This document shows, piece after piece, positions 55,328 to 64,000 of a stretch of DNA of 64,000 nucleotides (positions are counted from its first letter, which is position 1; each line of letters begins with the position of its first letter). The stretch lies in the NCBI GenBank assembly GCA_951406725.2, contig OX597817.1:56792001-56856000 (forward strand), in the 5' to 3' direction. Below the pieces are notes generated by a model. It ran no database searches. It saw nothing but the letters and a program-made list of their open reading frames with translations, and was not told where the DNA came from. The stretch comes from Octopus vulgaris (Eukaryota). A program made the position numbers and the translations under genes.

Positions 55328-55406
55328 CTCAAAATGAATCCATTTAAAGACATTCTTATGTAAATCAATTCTCAGGAATTCCTCAAAAGTTACTGAAGGA
55401 AGGTTT
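55328..55406 (-). CDS. KHK: Ketohexokinase-like exon 5 (NLPSVTFEEFLRIDLHKNVFKWIHFE)
   Basis: Polypyrimidine acceptor ttttcttttag, donor gtcggt. LP.V...F..DL..FKWIH.E motif. This exon is absent from the ORF track. Confidence 0.9.
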
Positions 55407-57346
55407 CTAAAAAGAAAAAAAAACATACAAAAGCATAAATGAGACTTGTGTATTTCATATGACTGCACAGTCATTATACATAATACTAAAACGTTCTGAG
55501 TTCAAATTCCGCCGAGGTCGACTTTGCCTTTCATCCTTTCGGGGTCGATTAATAAAGTACCAGCTACGCACTGGGGTCGATGTAATCGACTTAATCCCTT
55601 TGTCTTTCCTTGTTTGTCCCTTCTGTGTTTAGCTCCTTGTGGGTAGTAAAGAAATATATACATAATGCTAAAACTTATATATGGGACATGTATATTTTCT
55701 GTGAAAGGAAATGATTTACTTTATCACATCTTAAATATTTTATGTGCGAGGTCGTTGTCCTGATTTTTTTTTTTTATTCTACTAATTAGAAGCGACATGC
55801 TCTCGAGATCGTGGTTTCGATTCCCGAATCAGGCAGTGGGTTGTATTTGGGGCCAAAACACTTCATTTCACGTTGCTCCAGTCCACTCAGCCGTAAATGG
55901 GTCACTCTGCAATGACCTGGCGTCCCGTTTAGGCGTGGGGACCGGAGTGTTGTGATTACGGTCACGTATCAACTGTAGAAATCTGGTAACCGGCCCTATG
56001 AGTATGAGAACTCGATGCAGTAAGGCCCAGAGACTTGTGGATATTACCAGCCGTCCCCTACCGTCTTCTCTATAATAGAAGCTGTTTCCGCACAACAAAC
56101 TCTGTAATATAACTCCGTTCACGTGACCATCACATGACCATATCACGTTTATTAACATAATCTCGAGGATCCCAAGAAATTTGTAATCGTCTTTATCGGC
56201 AATTAATGGCGGTACTAAAGGAACAGATTGAATTAATGTAAGTTAACTTTTCCGTGGTATGTAGAGGCGCATGTCTTAGTGGTTAAGGTTATTGTGGTTT
56301 CGATTCCTGGATCGGGCGATGCGCTGTGCTCTTGAGCAAGACACTTCATTTCACATTGCTGCAGTCCAATCAGCTGGCAAAACTGAGTAAGCCTGTCACG
56401 GATCAGCGTCCCATCCCGGGACGAGAAACCGGGAAACCGGTCATAAGCCCCTTGCAGAGTAATGTAGACTAACCGAACTTCCTCATGGCATCTATACAAA
56501 ATAATGTGAACCGATCGAATGCAAGTAAACAGTTGGGTTGGAGCGAACTAGTGACAGAATGTATCAGCAATTGAGGAACCCTTCTTTCTGTCCTCAACTG
56601 GGTGAAGTCATAGGGGTACGGCCGGACCATATAGTGAAGTCACAGGGATACGGCCGGATCATATGGTGGATGTGTGGCGGAGATCGTCCTTCTTCAGGTT
56701 TGGAAAAAAGAAAGAAAATTAGGAGAATCGATCCCAATTATATTCCCGAAGGGAAGAAAGGTCAACTTGGCCTCAACAGGATTTAAACGTAGAGCAGCGC
56801 AGCGAAATAAAAAGATCACCAAGAAATAGTCTAGCCGAGGTTTTAACGACTCCACTGACTCGGTGCCTATTTAATGCCCATAGATTTAGTTAATGAATTT
56901 AAATAGTTAAAATTTAGAATATGTTCGTTTAAACTGTTTTTGGTAGCATAAAAGACGAATACGCGCACTTCACGCGTCACATTTTCAGCAGCGCATATTC
57001 AGGAAAAAAAAACCCCAAGATTATAAAGCATCAAAGCTTGTACTACTTAAACCAAATTTGCATAAAGGACTTGTGGGGGTGTTTTTAAGCAGATTTGGCG
57101 GGGGAAAAAATTTGTCATTAAGTTCTTCGGTAAAAAGTTAAAAATTAGAATAAATTGGTTTTCTACGAGAAAAATTTTAACATTTGGTACTAAACTTTTC
57201 TTCAGGAACGATTTTTATCCCTATCCGACGAAGAGTGAATGAATAGGATGTAATAAGAAAAGGATACAGACAGAGAAGGTTGGGAAGGGGGGGGAATAGA
57301 AAATAGTGAAGGAAAACCATCAAACTTGACACAGAGTATAACTCAC

Positions 57347-57481
57347 ATTGGGGGAGACAGGATTGTTCTAGAAGCATTCAAAGAGTTGATAAGCACCACT
57401 GTCTGAATATTGATGTGTCCATCGTGGAAGATGCAGTTGGATATGTCAATATTATATTTGGCGAAGTCTTCGATAAGAAAC
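57347..57481 (-). CDS. KHK: Ketohexokinase-like exon 4 (FLIEDFAKYNIDISNCIFHDGHINIQTVVLINSLNASRTILSPP)
   Basis: Acceptor atgttgcag, donor gtgagt, 135 bp. Contains the IN...SRTIL motif of KHK. Confidence 0.92.
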
Positions 57482-57533
57482 CTGCAACATAGATTGTGAG
57501 TGAGTGTATATATACATATATATATATATCTAT

Positions 57534-57581
<48 letters not shown>

Positions 57582-57726
57582 TGTGTGTGTTATGAGAATT
57601 TTATGGAAACTCAACAATTTACATATTTTATCCTTATGAAAAACTGAGACCATACTAAAGAGGGTTGTTGAGTCTAGTTGCGTATAAACTAAAAATATGA
57701 AGAATCTTTGTTAGATATCGCCCTTG

Positions 57727-58063
57727 TCACACTGCGTGGCACCTTGAGCAAGTATCTTCTACTATAGCCTCGGGCCGATCAACGCCTTGTGGATTTGGTA
57801 GACGGAAACTGAAAGAAGCCCGTCGTATATATGTATATGTATATATGTATGTGTGTGTATATGTTTGTGTATGTGTTTGTCCCCTCAACATCGATTGACA
57901 ACCGATGCTAGTGTGTTTACGTCCCCGTAACATAGCGGTTCGGCAAAAGAAACCGATAGAATAAGTACTAGGCTTACAAAGAATAAGTCCTGGGGTCGAT
58001 TTGCTCGACTAAAGGCAGTGATCTAGCATGGTCGCAATCAAATGACTGAAACAAGTAAAAGAG
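57727..58063 (+). mobile_element. SINE family A, 5'-truncated copy
   Basis: Same consensus, lacking the head. Confidence 0.8.
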
Positions 58064-58072
58064 TATATATAT

Positions 58073-58800
58073 TTGGTCCACAGTTCCTTCCCTGACCCTA
58101 CCTCCCAACCTGGCTCGTTCCCCTGCTCCCGCCCACGTTGCCACACTTGCCCTTACCTCTCCAACACCACCCTCCTCACTGGCACCCATCATCGACCCTA
58201 TCGCATCATCAACTCCTTCACCTGCACCTCCAGTAATATCATCTATTGCATCTCTTGCTCTCTCTGCCATTCCCTGTACATCGGACAAACGGGACGCTTC
58301 TTGGCTGACCGGTTCGTGGAACACCTCCGTGATATCCGCCTTGCCAACGACACACCGGTCTCACGCCATTTCCGCTCCACCGGTCACTCCTTGCAACACC
58401 TGTCTGTGTTCGGTTTGTCCTTGCACAGAGGCCATCCGGATTCCCGTTTGCGCCGTGAACAGATATTAATCTTCTCTCTTCGCTCTTTTACGCTATTTGG
58501 TCTCAACTCCCCCCTTTTCATCTAACCCACCCCGACTCCTATTTCTCTTCAGTCCTTCATCTTTTCACCCCTACTCTCTTTCCCTCCTCTTCCCTCCTTT
58601 CCCTTCTTCCCTCCTCTTCTTTCCTCTTTCTTCTTCCCTCTTTTCCTTCTCTCTTTCTCTCTGCTCCCTCACTCCCCTTCTCTCTCCCCCTATCCTCCCC
58701 CTCCTCCTCCTCTCCCCTACTTTCCCACCCCTCCTCTTCTCCTCTCCTTCCTTCTCCCCTTTCCCTCTACTCCTCTTCTCCTCTCGTTCCTTCTCCTCAA
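58073..58800 (+). mobile_element. Penelope-like element fragment: GIY-YIG endonuclease domain plus pyrimidine-rich 3' region
   Basis: CSRPRCHTC zinc motif and NIIYCISCSLCHSLYIGQTGR..DRF.EH...HF...H...RE...GLN (ORF 58073-58525). No RT upstream. Lies in a KHK intron. Confidence 0.9.
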
Positions 58801-59134
58801 TGAGCTAACCCCAGCCAGAATCGAACCTACAAATCAACGCTAACACGGTTCCTTGCACATCCGATTGAGCCAAACGCTCACCCATCAATTTCAGTCAAAT
58901 TTAATTAATATATACTTAAACTGCCTAATACTACATATAATATATAGGCATGGCTGTGTGGTAAGAAGTTTGCTTCCCAACTACATGGTTCCGGGTTCAG
59001 TCCCACAGTGTGAGCTACACATGGAAAAGACATAGATGCCGGAACCATGTAGTTGGGAAAGAAGTTTCTTATCACACAGCCACCCTGAACCTCTATGATA
59101 AGTTTAAAGAGATATTAAAGATATGAAAACTGAC

Positions 59135-59251
59135 GCTTTCTCGTAGCTACTGGCCATACTTCCGAAGAACGCACAAGGTTGTCCAAGGAGGGACAAAACA
59201 GTTGAGTTATTCGAAGCGTTACCACCTCGTCTCCATTCTTGATGAATAACT
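59135..59251 (-). CDS. KHK: Ketohexokinase-like exon 3 ([38 protein letters not shown])
   Basis: Acceptor tattgcag, donor gtcagt, 117 bp. Contains PfkB signature 1 (RGGNASN..TVLSLLG..CAF.GS). Confidence 0.93.
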
Positions 59252-60026
59252 CTGCAATACGAGAACAAAAAATACAAATGATAATTAAGAATAATGATGA
59301 TAATTAAATAGGGAGCGATTGTATATAATTACTAATTATATCTAATTAGATAACTGATACACTTAAAAAAATTGTTTAGTTTGGTGTTGTGATATTGTCT
59401 TCGCTGTCTTTGCCGCCGTGAAATCTAAATGGACATTGAGACAGTTGAAAAGTGCGGATAACAAAACGGGCTCCGAGGAGCAGCCGTTTTATGTCTATCA
59501 TCGGAACTACATTTGGAGCTCGAGGGGGAATTTTGGAGCAAAGGGGCCCTCTTGTACCAAAGAGCACTCTTTCGATAGACAACACGTTGATTTCATAAGT
59601 GTCGCATGGTGGAAATAAACGCATTTACCAAACATTCAATTCATTTCATTTTTTTTTTTTTTTGCATTTTAATTTGTACATCTGTACTCCCGACTGCATA
59701 CAAGTGCATATATAAAACGACGTTCTTTATTTTTTGATCATTATTTGCTGATATCAAAATAAGTAGAATATTGAAAAATAAAAATATTTTGTAGCGGATC
59801 ATTTGTGACTCCAAGGGTCGAAAGGGGGCCTTTGGCCAAAATAGGTTGAGAACCTTTGATCTAAATTAATCATTTCCAGTTAAAAGATGGCAACGAAATG
59901 TTTTACTTTATACCAAAAATAGAAACTGAAAAGACATTCGGCAAAGCTATTGAAACTAACCAAGGCAATACTCCAGTATAGCCGCAGTCTGAAAGAATAT
60001 AATAATAAAAGAATACAAATTCTTAC

Positions 60027-60125
60027 AGTGTATCAGTATCTTCGTCCGGGTATTTGGGGCAAATGTTTACAATATCAATACACACTAAACCAACGAATAA
60101 AACCTTCGGTTTCTCTTCTGAATCG
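60027..60125 (-). CDS. KHK: Ketohexokinase-like exon 2 (DSEEKPKVLFVGLVCIDIVNICPKYPDEDTDT)
   Basis: Acceptor catttttcag, donor gtaaga. The peptide resembles the KHK N-terminus ([22 protein letters not shown] in human, from memory). Confidence 0.9.
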
Positions 60126-60323
60126 CTGAAAAATGTAAATGGATTCTGAGTTATTGCTCGAAACATTTTTCATTGTTTAAGTAAAAACTGACGTAAAGAA
60201 GAAACAGGCGTTAATGCATTAATATAGCATCAGTGGGTTTTGAACCCAGCACATAGAGGTTTGCAACTAAATACTACAGCATATTTCATGTGCCATTACG
60301 TGATCTTAGATTTCTGTTGTTGC

Positions 60324-60396
<73 letters not shown>

Positions 60397-60427
60397 GTTG
60401 TTATTATTATTATTATTATTATTATTG

Positions 60428-60477
<50 letters not shown>

Positions 60478-61291
60478 GTTATTATAGCACAATCGTTAGC
60501 TCACTGGGCGAAATGCTTAGCAGTATTTCGTCTGTCCTTACGTTCTGAGTTCAAATTCCGCCGAGGTCGACTTTGCCTTTCATCCTTTTGAAGTCGATAA
60601 ATTAAGTACCAGTGAAACACTAGAGTCGATGTAATCAACTAGTCCCCTCTACAAAATTTCAGGCCTTGTGCCTCTAGTAGAAAGGATTGTTATTGTTATA
60701 TTGATTTTAAATTACGCCGAGATTGACTTTGCCATCTAAGTTCAAGTGTCACCGAAGTCGACTTTGTCTTTCATTCTTTCCGATTCGATCAAATAAGTAC
60801 CTGTTGAATACTGGGGTCCATATAATCGACTAACCCTTTCCCCAATATTTTAGCCCGTGTGCCTGAAGTAAAAAAGACTGATAGCACGTCGGTGAAAATG
60901 TTTAGTGGCATTTCTTCCGGACATACATTCTGAGTTCAAATTCCACCGAGGTCGATTTTGCCTTTCGGGGTTAATAAAATAAGTACCAGTTAATTACTGA
61001 AGTCAATGTAATCGACTTTGCTGGCCTTGTGCAAAAATTTGAAATTATTATTATTATTATTATCGGCGAGGTGGCAAAACCGTTAGCATACCGGACGAAA
61101 ATGCTAAGCGGTTTTTCGTCTGCCGCTAAGTTCTGAGTTCAAATTCCGCGGAAGTCGACACTGCCTTTTATCCTTTCGGGGTCGATAAATCAAGTACCAG
61201 TGAAAGACTGGGGTCGATGTAATCGTCTTCTTCCCTCCCCCGAAATTTGAGGCCTTGTGCCTCCAGTAGAAAGGATTATTATTATTATTAT

Positions 61292-61819
61292 TGAGTGAGA
61301 GAGCAGTTCATGCCATCAAAGTGACACTGGGGTAAAATATACGAAGCCCAATATACCCATCATGACTACCCGTCTGATAAGGGCACACCAGGCACATGCA
61401 TCACAACCATATGTGCGCGACATGGTGATCTCATATCAAGATAAACAGCACATGACCTTGCAGGTGGGGCCCAGTTAGAATTTTCTTCAGGTTGAGTAGC
61501 CCATCCCGCTCAAGCGGTCCCTGAATAAGGGTTGTTTAAGGATGTTGAAAGAACCACCCATGTTTCCAGAGTTGAATTATCCAAACCCCAAAGAATCCCT
61601 CTCAACACATGGCTATGATGCTCCCCTACTACTTCTGCTCGTGATCAGAGATGCACATATCGTCAGCCACTAAGGGACATGCTCAACTGGTTAAGGTCAA
61701 ACAACTGACAAGCAAATCTATGGTATTGAGCAGAATATTTGCTGTAGCCCATCTTTTATACCAAGACAAAACAATGTACATGATAACACTTCCAATCAGT
61801 TGATAACACTTCCAATCAG

Positions 61820-61820
<1 letters not shown>
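61292..61820 (-). mobile_element. Second copy of the AAT-targeting element (5'-shortened), in KHK intron 1
   Basis: Reverse complement of about 9475-9985. Confidence 0.85.
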
Positions 61821-61896
<76 letters not shown>

Positions 61897-61915
61897 GAAA
61901 TAGATTAAGACTTAC

Positions 61916-61929
61916 CGCAAGTGAGACAT
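61916..61929 (-). CDS. KHK: Ketohexokinase-like gene, putative coding exon 1 (MSHL-R)
   Basis: Minus strand reads ATG TCT CAC TTG CG|gtaagt, a consensus donor. Phase 2 matches the next exon, which begins with one extra base. The exon is too short for homology support. Confidence 0.6.
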
Positions 61930-61952
61930 ATCTGGTTGTCAGTTATAAACAG

Positions 61953-62039
<87 letters not shown>

Positions 62040-62324
62040 TGTCTGTCTGTCTGTGTACTTTTTCTATGGTTTTGGTTTAAAGTTGATAATGACTTCGAAG
62101 TTTCATTGCTGCTGGTTCATTAAACTGCAATGTAGAATTATAACAACAAGATTTTTAAAGTGAATAAATGTAAAATAATTGAAGAAGAATTCTATGATTG
62201 CATGCTTGTAATCATGTGACGGGGGCTGAGAGGTGACATAGTTTCGGCACTATGAGACTTAAAGTTTCGTAAGCTTCTTACAGAGAAACCTAGCTCGGGG
62301 TTAGGTGTACAAACACATGGACGC

Positions 62325-62399
<75 letters not shown>

Positions 62400-62412
62400 C
62401 ACATATATATAA

Positions 62413-62566
62413 GTGGCTGTGTGGTGAGAAGCTTGCTTCCCAAGCACATGGTTCCGGGCTCAGTCCCATTGCATGGCACCTTAGGCAAGTGTCTTCTACT
62501 ATAGCCCCAGGCCGACCAAAGCCTTGTGAGTGGATTTGGTAGACGGAAACTGAAAGCAGCCCGTCG

Positions 62567-62626
<60 letters not shown>

Positions 62627-63375
62627 TATATAAACTGTAGTTGTGTGAGTGTCTGTCCCCTTCGATTTAGATTCCTAACTACTCCCACATTTTGCGGTGC
62701 AGTTTAACCAAATTCGGGTATCTTATAGTCGTGATTCATATCGAGCCCGTCTGGCTATTAGCGCGCGTCTACGATGAGTCTACGATTTTTAAAATAATTT
62801 AACATCATTTTTTATTCCATTTTAATGCATATTTTTTCGTGTGTCGATGGCGGCGGAGTTGGCGTCCACGCTCACAGCTGCACCTGTGTTGCTTCTCCCC
62901 CTTCTTCCCTCCCTCGTGAAGCTGTGGGGGAAGGGAGTGTAAGGAAATCAACGTCGTAAAGCATTGTCAAGGAGACCAGCGTTCTTTTAGAACAACAACT
63001 TCATGGCTTGAAGACACCAAAACAGAAATGGCTAAGATTGCCCGAATTGGCATCTATAAGGGAAGTAACTCTCTAAAAATGCTTATATAGTTATTTCCCT
63101 TACAAACCCGAGCAACGCCGGGCGATACTGCTAGTATATATATATATATATGTATGTATGTATTTATATGTTTGTGTGCCTGTGTTTGTACCTCGCCATC
63201 GCTTGAGAACTGATGTTGGTGTGTTTACGTCCCCGTAACTTAGCGGTTCGGTAAAAGAAACCGATAGAATAAGTACTAGTATTACAAAGAATAAGTCCTC
63301 GGGTCGATTTGTTCGACTAAAGGCGTGCTCCGGCATGGCGGCAGTCGAATAACGGAAACCAATAAAACAAAGAAT
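62413..63375 (+). mobile_element. SINE family A copy split by a Helitron
   Basis: 5' half at 62413-62570 and 3' half at about 63165-63375. Confidence 0.8.
62621..63134 (+). mobile_element. Non-autonomous Helitron nested in the central microsatellite of a SINE
   Basis: Same 3' end as 48094-48459 (caaacccgagcaacgccgggcgatactgCTAG-T) and a similar 5' start tatatataaa(g)ctg.agttgt. The 5' boundary is approximate. Confidence 0.7.
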
Positions 63376-64000
63376 AAAAGAATATAAGTATGTATGTGTA
63401 TGTATACGCGGGCGCCTGTGTATGTGTGTACGTGAGTGTGTGTGTGTGTATGTATGTGTGAGTCCGTCCTCTTCTCTCTATCAAAATTCTCTCACAAAGC
63501 TCAAGGTATGTTGCGTAATGTCACTGTTATTTAATAAGAGAGAGAGAGAGAGAAATGGAAGAAAAAATGAAGGAGAAGAGGAGGAGGAGGAGGAGGAGGA
63601 AGGAAGGAAGAGGAAGGAAGGAAGGAAGGAAGGAAGGAAGGAAGGAAGGAAGAGGAAGAAGAAGATAAAGAAGAAGAAGAAGAAGAAGAAGAAGAAGAAG
63701 AAGATAAAGAAGAAGATAAAGAAGAAGAAGAAGATAAAGAAGAAGAAGAAGATAAAGAAGAAGATAAAGAAGAAGATAAAGAAGGAGGAGGAGAAGGAGA
63801 AGAAGTAGAAGTAGATAAAGAAGAAGATAAAGAAGAAGATAAAGAAGAAGAAGGTAAAGAAGAAGAAGGGGGAGGAGGAGGAGGAGGAGGAGGAGGAGAA
63901 GATAAAGAAGAAGAAGATAAAGAAGATAAAGAAGAAGATAAAGAAGAAGATAAAGAAGAAGGGGGGAAGATGGGGAGAAGAAGAAGAAGAAGATAAAGAA

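Overview
AT-rich animal genomic DNA saturated with microsatellites. The SINE and repeat content looks like an octopod cephalopod, which is an inference from recalled repeat style and not proven here. Almost all ORFs in the supplied track are microsatellite artefacts. There are four real components. (1) A complete 8-coding-exon ketohexokinase-like (PfkB family) gene on the minus strand (61929->51478, 314 aa), assembled by hand from GT-AG junctions with consistent phases. (2) An intact two-ORF Tx1/L1-clade non-LTR retrotransposon (36715-42072, minus) with a 17-bp target-site duplication. It is inserted into a 362-bp tandem repeat whose unit carries a type I hammerhead ribozyme (retrozyme or Penelope pseudo-LTR-like), so the LINE is bracketed by two same-strand ribozymes. 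(3) About ten further hammerhead or hammerhead-like motifs, mostly in short Penelope-like inserts within (TA)n tracts. Several share a compensatory U3-A8 core, and several form fold-back palindromes. (4) Two abundant tRNA-derived SINE families, two non-autonomous Helitrons, and decayed RTE, R4/Dong, HERO and Penelope fragments. Ribozyme folds and splice models were read by eye and have not been computed or tested.
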